Notes under the pieces: model-generated | Seen by the model: only the letters and a program-made list of their open reading frames with translations | Databases searched by the model: none | What the model was told of the DNA's origin: nothing | Source of the DNA: Marsupella aquatica | Lineage: Eukaryota > Plantae > Marchantiophyta | Direction: 5' to 3' | NCBI GenBank assembly: GCA_973895155.1 | Contig: OZ316894.1 | Location: 12,130,828 to 12,194,827 of the forward strand | DNA: 64,000 nucleotides | Part shown: positions 51,451 through 62,696 of the stretch, piece after piece | Numbering within the stretch: the stretch's first letter is position 1 | Layout of the letters: the number at the start of each line of letters is the position of its first letter | Program-made: the position numbers and the translations under genes

Positions 51451-52465
51451 ATAACTCCTTGTGCAAGAGAATTTCCGAATCAGATAAGAGTCTCAATTTG
51501 ACAATTCTTTCATTTTATCACAAGCCACCTAAACTTGTACTCCAGCTGATTAAAACTGCTGCCAAATTTGCAACTCTGCAGCTTGAAAAGGCCGACCGGC
51601 AGATATGCATCAGAGGGTCCTGTTCTCCGAGTTCGTTGATGCTGCGACCCGATTTGAGATCATGATCAAATCGATTGTAAAGGTTGCAGCCCGAAGCAAG
51701 TTCCTCATCTTCTACGTCGTCAGACTCGAGGCAGGAAATGGTATGCACCGGTAATGAAGCTGTCATCTAGATACAAAGAACCTGGATCCCCTCAGATTTC
51801 AGGTAATCCACCCACACCCACACCGTCACCAGCCCCAGCGGCCCCAGCCCAACCTGAGGATTCTGGTCAGCCTGCACAGCCTGCTCCCTCTGCTTAAAGC
51901 ATGGTCCATCATTTACCACCGACATGCCTTAAATACTGCACTATTGCTCTCATGAATAAACCACCAAGACCGTTATACCCCTAGAACACACTGTAGAACG
52001 TCTTGGAATAGAGGCTGTTAAGGTCCAGAAGACGCATACATGAAAGGTAATCTCCTCCGTGATGTGGACGTCAATCAGATTATGTGTAGTATAAATGTTG
52101 ATTAGATCATGTCATGCAGTAGTAGCTTGTGCAATGGCTGCAGAAAGACCCGTATGTTTTAGCTTATACAAGTCACAGTCCAAGAGTTTTCAGAAATTGC
52201 TTAGTAAGAGCTCCAGACCAGACGTTAGGTACATAAGCATTCAGTGCTGGAACAGTTCCAGCACACTTCATGAAAGTTTAGAAACAACTCTCCTAAAAGT
52301 AACGTAAATCAATGGGCTGAAGGAATGCTGCTTACAATAACCAACTTTACAATGTGAAACCAATTCCCAAATCAATCCTTTTGGCTTCTGAAAGGAGCCT
52401 CGTTGAGATCTTTCTTCAAAATCAATAGTCAAACTTTACCCTACAGTAACAAAATCTCAACTCTC

Positions 52466-53845
52466 TCATTTCCTCCGGTGGTGCAACTTGCCATCATCTG
52501 GTCCTGGAACAGAGGTTGCCGGTACTTCTGCTTGCAACCCCTCAGCTTTAGATCCCTGAGAGCCTTTCACTACCTTGTCTTCTACATCGAACTCTTGGGA
52601 AGAATATTTCTTAATTCTCCAGGAAATTAGAATACCTGAGAGAATGCCTAGACACGGAAGGATGAAGGACAAGATTGGCTTCTTGGATCCCCTACCGGTT
52701 GTTGCCGCACTCGTAAGGGTCCCAAGGGAAGTATTCTGCAATATCATTGGGATGCCACCGGCAAGGGTCGGTAGAAGAAAGTCCACAAAGAAATTAACAT
52801 CAGTCGCAGCAAGCCCATAATTTATAATGTAGGACGGAACAGGGGAAAATCTAGCTAGTAGCACAAACTTCCAGCCATCCCGTGCCACTCCTTTGTTCAA
52901 GATACTGAAGTACTTGTTGTTGCGCACAAAATCGCACGCGGAATGAGAGCTCCGGAACAATGCCCTGAAACATCCACTACACTGTCATAAAACTTGACGG
53001 AAAAGTGACCTCAGGTCGCATCGATCAATACGACCAAGCATTAATAAAGACGGTTTCTGCAAATGTTACCACTGAAAGGCCTAAGTGAATCAAATCTCAT
53101 TTAAACGCCAATGACCGTGGCACAGAACTTGAATAAAGTTAGCACGAAGGCAAGGAATGGACATCTAGATGCCAAAAGGTAACGATTTGACATCACGATG
53201 AAGAACAACATGAATAGTTAATTTCTTCTGTATCAACGAAACAGATGCAAAATATTCAGATGAGAGGGACGGAAACTGGAAAGCTAAAAACTACACAGAT
53301 TCACATCAATATGTTGAAAAAGTACAGAGAATCTATCTCATTTCGCATAATACAACGAGCAATCTCTAGTTCAGAGAAGATGGAAACTTGAATGCTAAGA
53401 CGCTGTAAAAAATTCCATCCAAACGACGAACAAGTACAGTCAATCCTTCACAACAGGATCGTCGTGGTATTGTGTCATCTTTCATTCCGAAATGGAAGAG
53501 CGCAAGACGAGAGAAGGAGAGAAACAGTTCTGACCTTCCAATTCCAAATGCCAGAGCTGCACCCAAAACCTTGGCAGAAAAGACGCAGATGACTCCCCTG
53601 AAAAATCCAAAGAGAAAAGCGGCACCGGCTTCAAACGCCACTGCATAGGGGAAACACATCGCTATAGCCAGCGTGTGAGTAGCGATATAGACAGGCATGG
53701 CCCAAATTCCCAAGCTCTGAGTGAACTCGTGGAATCTCTTTATCATGGCTTCTCGGTCTGCTCCGAATGTGGTCGACGCCAGATAGTACGCTCCAACGGA
53801 CCCCGCTATGCCTCCCATCATCACAAGCTGCGCCAGTTGGACCAT
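52466..53845 (-). CDS. VTT/DedA-family (SNARE-associated Golgi, TVP38/TMEM64-like) membrane protein; exons 53845-53535 and 52964-52466
   Basis: FEAGAAFLFGF...GAALAFGIGR, GWKFVLLARFSPVPSYIINYGLAATDV; GT-AG intron 53534-52965 keeps the frame. Confidence 0.9.
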
Positions 53846-54637
53846 CTTGCCTTTCTTTTTCCTTTCCTTTCCTTCAATTTCCCTAAACCCCGAGCCCTAA
53901 TTACAATGATTACTCCCCTCTAGTTTCCTCTCCTTCGGTGCTCGGTCTACAGTATATTTGAACCAGTCGTCTTTTGAGCTCCGCAATGAGATCGATACAT
54001 GCAAAACTTCAACACATTGCCTCTTGCCGGATGAAAATGATACAAAACCTTTATCGATATTTGATTGCAAACGATATAAAACCAAGTGACCAATCTTCAG
54101 CGCCCAACCTCTATGTAACTCTCCCTTTCTCTGTGTATCGCTATTATGCTGCAGCGATTCCTAATTTTCTGAATTGCCTTGGCACGACTGGCCTTCTACC
54201 GAAAAATCGAATTCAGAAATCACCTAAGTTCCGAAACTGCTCGAAAGACAAGCCTCATCTCTCGTTATCATACCGAATACAATTCCAAAGCGCCTAGAAA
54301 ACGAAGTCGAACGCACGCAGAACAACAAATCTGTAAAAGCTTTCGTCCCGCAGGATTTCAGAACCACAGAAATGCTTCCGTGCATACGACCGCCAACATT
54401 CCCCACACGAGGAGTGGAGAACAGAGGAATGGGTACTAATCGCAGAACTGCCTAAATTTCAGACAGATAGGAGCTGTTTCGGTCAGAAGAGCTTTCACTC
54501 TGAAGCCGGCACCGCATTGTCCAGTACAGAAATCCTTGAGCGCTGTCACTAGTCGGCTCGCAGCACGTTGCCCTCCTTTAGTAGTTGGTGCCGTCTCAGA
54601 ATGGTTCGTTTCGGACTTCGAAGACTCTTCAGAAATT

Positions 54638-55165
54638 TTATATATCATCCTGCACAAAATCGGAAAATCCCCAATGGGTGCCCAACCAACCGGGAGGCAG
54701 GACCCGAGAGGCTGGAGGCCCAATCAAGGGGAGGCAACAAAAGAGCCCAAAAGCCCAAAGGAACCAGGGCAAGGCTAAAAGGGTCCAATCAAGGGGAGGC
54801 AACAAAAGAGCCAAAAAGCCCCAAGGAACCAGGGCAAAGGCTAAAGTCCCAATCAAGGGGAGGCAATAAAAACAGCCAAAAGGCCCAAAGAAACCAGGGC
54901 AAAAGCCCAACACACTAACAATAGGGAACAAGAAAAACCTTTAAACTACCTTTAATTAATAGGCAGACTGAAGAGCCAGGTAGAGATAATGAGCCGCATG
55001 GGAGGGTCAAGCAACTAAATATGACTAGAGGCTCTAACACCAACGGCCTCACCTCTCAGTCTACAAAAATAGAGAATGTCTGAGTCTGCTGAAGAGCGTC
55101 AAACACCCGCTGTCTAATAAAGGCCACGACGACAGACATCAGAGGATACTACCTCTGCTCAACCT
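54638..55165 (-). mobile_element. Short 5'-truncated CRE-like non-LTR fragment (extreme C-terminus plus 3'UTR containing a 3 x ~65-bp repeat at 54719-54907)
   Basis: Minus-strand translation near 55140-55065, MSVVVAFIRQRVFDALQQTQTFSIF, aligns with LSILTTHFFQRISVTLQRAQARAIY of the 58892 ORF; pyrimidine-rich 3'UTR ends ...GATGATATATA. Confidence 0.6.
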
Positions 55166-57198
55166 AATGAAATTGGATACGCCTATGAGAGTTCTTTTGA
55201 AAAGCTTGATGCGTCTAAGCTCGAGGAAAAGTACCAGGTATCATTATCATGCGAGAAAACAGGAACAAAAACTACTCACAGTACATTATTCTTGTCTCAT
55301 AGGAGGAGAAAACCCTAAATATACACTACTTGGCTAGCAACCTTGCTTTCAGATATCTTAAGTTTTGTGTCATTTTTTAGTAAAACCCAATTTTGGGACT
55401 CCTCTTCTGGCTACCCCTATGAAGTCCTAGTAATACAAAAGTAAGCCAAAATCAAAAGGCATAAAAAATCACTCCCCCCATAAAAAATTCCTGTCTCATT
55501 GCATCACAATATCGCACTAAAAAGGTCCAAAAAAAGGAGGAATGGAGCAAAAGCAAACAAGGTCTAGTCTCGGGGGATCAACTTAGTGTATTTTTTGGGG
55601 TACCACGTGCAATACTAGTCTAATATTAATACACTTATATTATAAAGAAACTATTCCAAGAATATATTCTATTTTCAATATTAAGGGACTATTTTCTTTG
55701 TAAAAAGTATAGATTAGAGAATATTCTATAAATATGAGTATATAATACCTTCTTTTGCCTCATATGCTTTTAAAAAAATTAGCTTATTTATACCTCTTAC
55801 AATTTTTGATAGTCAACCCCCCAATGGTCTAGCAAGGACAAATAGGAAACTCCAAAGAAGAGGGCAACTGCAAACCCTCAAAACCTTGAACAGAGAATAA
55901 CATAGAAATGAAGATATACCACTCAATAGTGTGATGATTTAATGGTTTAGATATAGTGTTGTAACTAAGTCTGAAACTAAGACTTGGATGTTCTCTAAAT
56001 GCATGCACACCAGAAACTATGCCTGGCAAATTGAGATTGGCATCATTCTCAGGTTGGCCTTTTAAATGTTATTGCACCAGTTCTGTTAACAATGCAGCCG
56101 AGAAAAACCCTGACCTTTGTTCAAGCTCCACAAGGAAGGTTGAAACACACAGATGAACACCATGATAACTCATTGACCATGGCCATTTTTAAAAAGGTTC
56201 ACAAATAAACCTCCCAACATTGTCTATGAGACACCATAGCTACCTACATCCCTATGAGCTTCTGTTGGGCGTGGGTCTGCATCAGGCACTAGACTAGCAA
56301 TCCTGAGTTATCCCTAGGTGTCTAGTATATAATTTATACAATTACTACAAGAGCTAGTGGTCCCTGCTCGAGTGCTCGGGGGTCTTGGTTCGTGAAAACG
56401 TCACATCATGTGCGATGAAGCATATTGTCAATCTATTGGTTCCAGGGAACGAGTTTTATAGAGTTGTTTAACAACCGGGGTGAGTTTTTTTTTCAAAACC
56501 CTTTAGGGTATGCCCAACCTGAAAATGTTAAAGGTGATGTGGGGGGCTCCATATAATGAGACCCCCAAGGGTCCATACGAGGGTCCGTAAGTCTGAATTG
56601 ACCCCAATCATGGTCCAACATTTGGCGCACAACCTGCCTCTAGGAAAGTTTAATGTATTGCTAAGAAGTCACACGTGGCCACATGAGGTAATCACCAGAC
56701 CCCACTCAAGTTGGTTTCTTTTTGGCTCTAATTTTCTATTGCAAATTTATCACGCAGGTTCAGGATGAATATAGACTAGGTAACCTTAGTTGAGTAGGGT
56801 ATGTGTAGTATTTACTGTTGTCCAAGCCTTTGGGCGCATTTTGGGGGGAACAACCAAAAATATGAATCACTTTAGGATAGATAAGTAGGCTAGGTATTTA
56901 GTGTGGTGGGGGCTGCACAGACAAGTACCCTTCCTGGTGCCGTACACTTCCCTTGCCTATCCCATTCTTCCAAGGCAAAGGGTTTGAAACCTTCGTCGAC
57001 AAAAAAACAAATTTTGTGTGGATCGCTTAGTACGGGCAGGTAGGCTATTTAGTCTGGTCCCCCTAAAGGTGTTTTGTGGGTCAAAAATAAAATTTGAAAA
57101 TCCTATTTATTACCCCCTAACCATCAATCTCCTATGTTTAGTGTATTCTAATTTTTTCATCATAACTAGTGTGGCCAAAATCCAAACTTATTTACAAA

Positions 57199-57540
57199 CA
57201 GGGTTTTACTAACCTGTCCCCCAAACTACCCAATATTACTAACATGCCCCCCAAACAAATTAATTATCAACCCATCCTCCATTCTATATCTAGGTTAATA
57301 TTGACTTGTATGTGGGTTCCCGTAACCATGTGGGGCCGAGGAAGGGGGGGGACAAGCTAGGGGGGTCGTGGTGGGTTCAGGCTATCCAATATCAACTTGC
57401 CACATGGCAATGGGAATTGGTTTACAATTAAAATCTTTACCCAAATTCAAATTTTGGGACAGGTTGATAATTAATTTTGTTTGGGGGGCACCTTAGCAAT
57501 AATTATTGGGTAGTTTGGGGGACAGGCTAGTAAAAAGTTG
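57199..57540. mobile_element. 342-bp MITE with ~70-bp TIRs and 10-bp TSD (Mutator-like)
   Basis: TTTTACTAACCTGTCCCCCAAACTACCCAAT...AATTAATTATCAACC is inverted at the right end; TATTTACAAA at 57189-57198 and 57541-57550. Confidence 0.88.
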
Positions 57541-58664
57541 TATTTACAAATCATGCTCAATCTTATGCTTGGTGTCAGTCCACACAGTCATGCACACCAT
57601 AGAACTTTCATCTTCTTCTGAACACAACACCATGGCACTGTGTTCAAAACTGAAGATGTTTGGTCTTCATAAAAGAAGCTAGTAATGTTTTTGAACTCAA
57701 ACACAAGGTCACTTTAAAACAAAACAGTCTGACACTATGTTTGAATTGGGCTAAGTTGTGTTCAAGTTGGGCCCCTAACTGTTTGACATTCAGCACACAG
57801 GTGTAAATTCATGACTGACAACTCCTCAATGTTCCAAGCTTCATCATGGCAGGCAGATCAAAACTGGCGAGTGAAATGGTCTTGTTTTGTATTACAAATT
57901 AATTTGTTCTGTCCCCTTGTGTTATTTCATCGTTTGAATTAACTACACATTCCATTTAGGGATGAAATACTGTTGAAGGTAGATGAAGCTTGAACTTAAA
58001 CGATGCTTTGTACCACACATCAGTTATATACCTGTCATTTTTGCTTACACCCTAAATTCACCACAATGCCAGATTCAAACACAACGCCATTTTTGAACAC
58101 TCCATAAGATGAAATCACTCTTGGAGCCCTGCCAAATGCATCCCAAGTGATCAGTGCCATCATGATTTCTTGGAGCCAAGCCATGAAGTGATGCATAGCC
58201 AGTAAATTGAGTACAAATTGTCCCCCAAAAATAGTGAGAGAAATGAGGCTGGGCATATGGTAATCTCAACTTCCTTTTCCATATCTAGGTATAGAATAAA
58301 GGATTGCACAATGTGAGTGCTTAACAGGCCAGGCAAGTTAAAACCTCTTCAAAGAATGTGAAACCTCTTCAATGCACTTAACAGTAGACACTTTCATGGC
58401 ATCATTTTCTAAAGGGTTTCTCTTCAAGAGTTTTCCCTAAACTCTGGCACCATAGGCAAGTGGTCTTCAGTTTTGCCTACAGGTGAACTTGAAACTCTTA
58501 ATTCTCACCTCACACTAGGTGAGACTAGAGATGAAATGGTGAGGTCATTAGGCATATGTGGCCTTTTAGAATGAACTCTTTGTGAGTGGTCCTGAAGAAT
58601 GTTGCACTGAACCTGACTCATGCCATCATTTAAATGAGTGAGGGTTACATGCCTGAACGAAGGA

Positions 58665-61410
58665 ATATATACACAGGGACCAATCAGAGTACAAATGAAC
58701 AAACAAAAGAGGGCCCAAGTGGACAAAACCAATAGAAAAAGAAGTGAGCAAAAGGGAACCACTAAACACCAAGAAAGAGGAACTAAAAGTAAGAAATGAG
58801 CAATAAGGAACCCCAAAAAACCAAGAAAGAGAGACTAAAACTAACCCAAGCGGACCGAGGTCCTCATCAGTCCTAGCAAATGTGGCAAAAGCTACTGGTC
58901 CACATCAAGGGTCAAAACTAGATTGGCAAGTGGGATTGGAACATCCTCTAGGGGAGCTAGCCGCTGCGGAGGCACACTAGCACCCACTGTAAGAGATCGA
59001 CGATAGATGGCCCGAGCTTGAGCACGCTGCAAGGTGACTGAAATGCGTTGGAAAAAGTGCGTGGTCAAAATAGAAAGCGGGGGTCTGGTGGGACCCATGT
59101 GGCCATGAACATCCCGGGCAGCTTGCCGAAGAAGCCCATCAAACTGAGGATGAAGACGCCCAAATAGCTCCAGAGCAAGGGGGAGGAAGCTGTCGGATGA
59201 AGCTCGTGCAACATATTTGGCCTCCTTCGTTGTTGCCGCACGTGACGCTGCTGCCCCTGCCGTAGTTGCCGTTGTCCCAATGATGTCTTGGCGCAATGGG
59301 TTTGCCACCACTACATCTGCCAATGTACGTTGACCCTCACGGACCATGGTAAGATCCACCCATAACCGCTGTGATGGAGGACCAGGTAACTCGAGTACCA
59401 CCTCCCGCCGCACGCATACCAAAGAGCCAGAGAGAACCTGAGCAGTCACATCTTGCACAGCGTCGTGAACAAGAATGGTTTCATCTCCCAAACTGCACTG
59501 AAGAAGATGGACACCTGTGGCATCACAAGGCTTCCCACAAGTGCAAGAAGGAGGTAAACCTACAAGAAGTGGGTGGGGCAGCCCCATACGAAGACACATG
59601 GCTGTGGAGAACTCCGTTGAAGACATCCGCAAATGAGGAATGACTGGATTGGCCTGAAGCCATCCACCTGCGCCCTTCCCTCCGGAAGAAAGAATCCAAG
59701 CTCGGTCCGTGTCACGTGCCTCGGAGAGGATGTTGGAAAGGGTGAAAGCGTGCATACGCCTAGCGAGATCTGCCTGAAGACGAACAGGATCCAAGGATAA
59801 AAACTCCTGAAAAGAAGGTAACGCGGTGCGAACGGGATTTGGTAATGAGGACCGCGCTGCGCGCAAATGAACCTGAAACGGGAGGGAACCCTCCTCTACC
59901 TCCATGAGAGATGAAAGTAAAAAAGGGCGATCCTCAATAAGAAAACGATCGGCCAACAATGAGAAGGCGGCCGCCCACGCACCCAAAAAGGCCAAAGGTG
60001 CAAGGCTCTCAATGGAAGTAAGCCCAAAACCACCCTGCAAAATAGGAAGACTGAGTTGTCGATGAAGCCACTGAGATGAGAGCAACGTACCCGGCCCCAA
60101 AAGAGAGGCCAGGGTCTGACGAATGGAGACATCAAATGCTCGAAGGTGGAGACAAAGATCCTCGGTAGGGGGATGCGTCCTAGCCAGATAAGACACACGA
60201 GGGTGGATGCACCTCAACAACAGCCCAAATGCTGCCTGAGAATCTGCTAACTTTGGGAGCATAGGAGTAGAGGCTAAGGCAGCCTGTAGAGAGTCAGCGA
60301 TGAAAGAGGAGCAAAAGGAGGCGGTACCGACTGGGGAGCCAAGGACCCAAAGACCATTGGCTGGACGTAAGAACCCTAGGGGAAGCGCAAGATCAGAGGG
60401 TAACCCAGCTGGACTCCATGCATGACTCTTCACAGGCTGAACTCGTAAACCGAGGCCCATCAAATGGGTGGAAAGAGTGGCGAGGGCAGAAGTAAACGCG
60501 GCAGGAGGACCAACGATGTGGGTGTCATCTAAAAGGGAGGGGAAGATACACTGGGGGTGGGCCATGGCGGCTTCCCGTAAAGCTGTAAAATGGGCAATGG
60601 CAAAAAGAGGCCCACCCAAAGGGTCACCCTGACGAGTACCTTCTGCAGAGGAAAGAGTGGTATACACACCTGTAGAGGAGTGATGACTATAGAAGAGTGG
60701 GGCCTCGAGTCCATAAAAACAATGGACAAAGGGGATCAGGGACTGGATGTCTGGATCCGCCGCCCTCAAAGCACGAAAAATGGCTGCCCGAGAAACCGTA
60801 TTAAAAGCGTTAGAGACATCAACCTGGAGGACAACCCAATCAGGGTGGAGGTCCAAGGTAGCTCGAATACCTGCAATAACTGTCTCACAACCGCCAGGAA
60901 CGCCAACTGCAAACTGATGTGGAGAGAGATGATCCGATAGTGTAGAGCGAAACTGCGAGGAAAGTGTGCGAGACACAAGCCGAAGAAAAACCTCCCCAAT
61001 AGCAATTGGCCGAACACCCGGTGAAGACTTAGCCATGGCCAATAAACAAGAAGCACTCAAGAGCCGAGAGACGGGAGGAGGCAAACGACCGGCTGCAATA
61101 CACTGGCAAAAGGAGAAGAAACTGGAAAACCAAACTGAGGATCCTCAGGGGGGAATAAATCCCAAAAATGCTCAAAGACATAGCCGGAGGGGCCACCACC
61201 AGCGCAACGCGGGGCATGGAGGAAGGCATAGGTGAAGTGGTCCCTACTAAACTGAAGATCCTCCTCAGACTCAAAATCCTCTACGAACAAAGGGAGCTGA
61301 TCATGGGGCTGCGGATGGAGATCCTGAAGGGCCGACGAGGTGACCTCGCCAGGGGGGGCTGGTGTGGTGGGAGAAAGGGCTTGAACCCCTTCCTGTGCCA
61401 GGCCAGAGGG
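58665..61410 (-). mobile_element. CRE-clade non-LTR retrotransposon (RT + zinc knuckle + restriction-like endonuclease), 5'-truncated
   Basis: GGPSG (domain 0), VRPIAIGEVFLRL, QFAVG, VDVSNAFNTVSR, GTRQGDPLG, SLLDD, VLGSPVG, GGFGL; CTCG...HLLQC; HD, RRE, VD...LADV, KEAKY, LALELFG, QRISVTLQR. No APE domain. 3'UTR ends GTGTATATAT. Confidence 0.88.
58892..61084 (-). CDS. CRE-like RT-RLE polyprotein (730-aa open segment; N-terminal part lies in another frame at ~61130-61400 after one frameshift)
   Basis: ORF track 58892..61084 plus ORF 61057..61452; restoring one T in the T-run near 61127 would join the frames. Confidence 0.85.
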   Translation of the reverse strand: MPPPVSRLLSASCLLAMAKSSPGVRPIAIGEVFLRLVSRTLSSQFRSTLSDHLSPHQFAVGVPGGCETVIAGIRATLDLHPDWVVLQVDVSNAFNTVSRAAIFRALRAADPDIQSLIPFVHCFYGLEAPLFYSHHSSTGVYTTLSSAEGTRQGDPLGGPLFAIAHFTALREAAMAHPQCIFPSLLDDTHIVGPPAAFTSALATLSTHLMGLGLRVQPVKSHAWSPAGLPSDLALPLGFLRPANGLWVLGSPVGTASFCSSFIADSLQAALASTPMLPKLADSQAAFGLLLRCIHPRVSYLARTHPPTEDLCLHLRAFDVSIRQTLASLLGPGTLLSSQWLHRQLSLPILQGGFGLTSIESLAPLAFLGAWAAAFSLLADRFLIEDRPFLLSSLMEVEEGSLPFQVHLRAARSSLPNPVRTALPSFQEFLSLDPVRLQADLARRMHAFTLSNILSEARDTDRAWILSSGGKGAGGWLQANPVIPHLRMSSTEFSTAMCLRMGLPHPLLVGLPPSCTCGKPCDATGVHLLQCSLGDETILVHDAVQDVTAQVLSGSLVCVRREVVLELPGPPSQRLWVDLTMVREGQRTLADVVVANPLRQDIIGTTATTAGAAASRAATTKEAKYVARASSDSFLPLALELFGRLHPQFDGLLRQAARDVHGHMGPTRPPLSILTTHFFQRISVTLQRAQARAIYRRSLTVGASVPPQRLAPLEDVPIPLANLVLTLDVDQ

Positions 61411-61767
61411 CAAATTTGTCTTGACCTCAAATTTCAATAATAGAACAAGCATGCCCTGTATAAGCTACAGGGGTAACAACTACCTTGGGACACTACCGGG
61501 CTTGCATACTAACATGTTGCAGAACAACATATCTATTTCCCCCTAATTTCTAGCCAAGCCCTCTTGATCTATTTCCCCCTAATTTTCTAGCCAAGTGCCA
61601 AGAGGGCTGCTAGATGCAAGTTGGCTCTTAGTTCTGTCAGGGCTGTTCATATGCATGGGAGCGCCAGGCTAGTGCACCATTAAGCTTCCCTTTAGGGATC
61701 TTGACCAGGGCCATACTCAGTTTTTGGGCATAATTGTTATAGAATAAACTTTACATAACTCACCAAT

Positions 61768-62696
61768 ATAGCATGCTCATCTTGGAACATGCTTTATTTA
61801 TTTTTTGTCTTGTAGTGATCTGAAAGTAAATAAAATATGAGAGCATAGAAATGCTGTTATATAAGTAAAGTGTCTGCCAAGAAAAGCACAGTGACCAAGA
61901 AAAGGTGCAGTCAAACGATGCTACGATGTGTGCACTTAACTCAGGGTGCCTTATGAATGACACTCCTTTCAATAAAAACCATAAACCTAGGAAAGAAAAA
62001 CATGAGGAGAACTTAAAAGACTATGCATTCATATTCTTCAGCATCATTTCTCTCACTCGTGATGGTGAAGCCTTTGGCTTCATCTCTAAGAAAACATATA
62101 CTCTGAAAGGGGGCTGCCAAAATAAGTTCAAAACACTCTAGAATAACTAAAACTAAAGGGGTCTAAAAATTAATTAAAAATGTATAGAATACAAAGGTTG
62201 CCCCTTGATAAGGCAGATTGAAATGAAAATACATGACACAAAAATCTGAATAAGACAAAATCAGAAATGTGCATTCACCATATAGTACCTTCAAAGGTTT
62301 CTCAAAGCTAACAATTTGATGTACCTTAACCCCTAGTTATGGGTTGAAGCTTTCTCAAAGCTGACAATTTGATGTACCTTAACCCCTAGTTATGGGTCAT
62401 AGACACATAATATTATGCACTACAGAATTCCTAGTCTATAACTTTTCACTTTTTGCCATAAGTATTGGTCTTATGTCATAACCATTATGCCATAACCATG
62501 AATTAGTGTAGAGGCTGGTGCAAGGAAAACAAAAACTTTTACATATTCTTGTGAAAAAGTTATGACCTATTATTTAAGACAGAACGCCATCTTCCTTTAA
62601 TTTTCAAAACAGTTATGATATATTATTTAAGACAGAACGCCATTTTCCATTAATTTCCAAGTTTTGAGACGCCCTCATTGGCCCCAAAACTGCTTG
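61768..62696 (-). mobile_element. Non-coding interspersed element, copy B (929 bp), with perfect 20-bp TSD and internal tandem repeats
   Basis: ACTTTACATAACTCACCAAT at 61748-61767 and 62697-62716; first ~480 bp homologous to 32470-32925; internal dimers at ~62298-62397 and ~62558-62655. Strand is inferred from the shared terminus. Confidence 0.82.

Noticed and set aside
3717-53845. GDSL + PIS + SDR + VTT genes as a biosynthetic gene cluster
   Set aside because: No signature synthase (PKS, TPS, P450) in the window; PIS, BRCT and VTT are housekeeping genes; tandem duplication explains the layout.
56340-56385. Possible Helitron 3' end on the minus strand (weak hairpin followed by CTAG)
   Set aside because: The hairpin is imperfect, CTAG is not followed by T, and no 5' TC terminus was identified.
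58620-61470. TSD for the CRE-like element
   Set aside because: No matching direct repeat found between the 3' flank and the 5' truncation region by eye.
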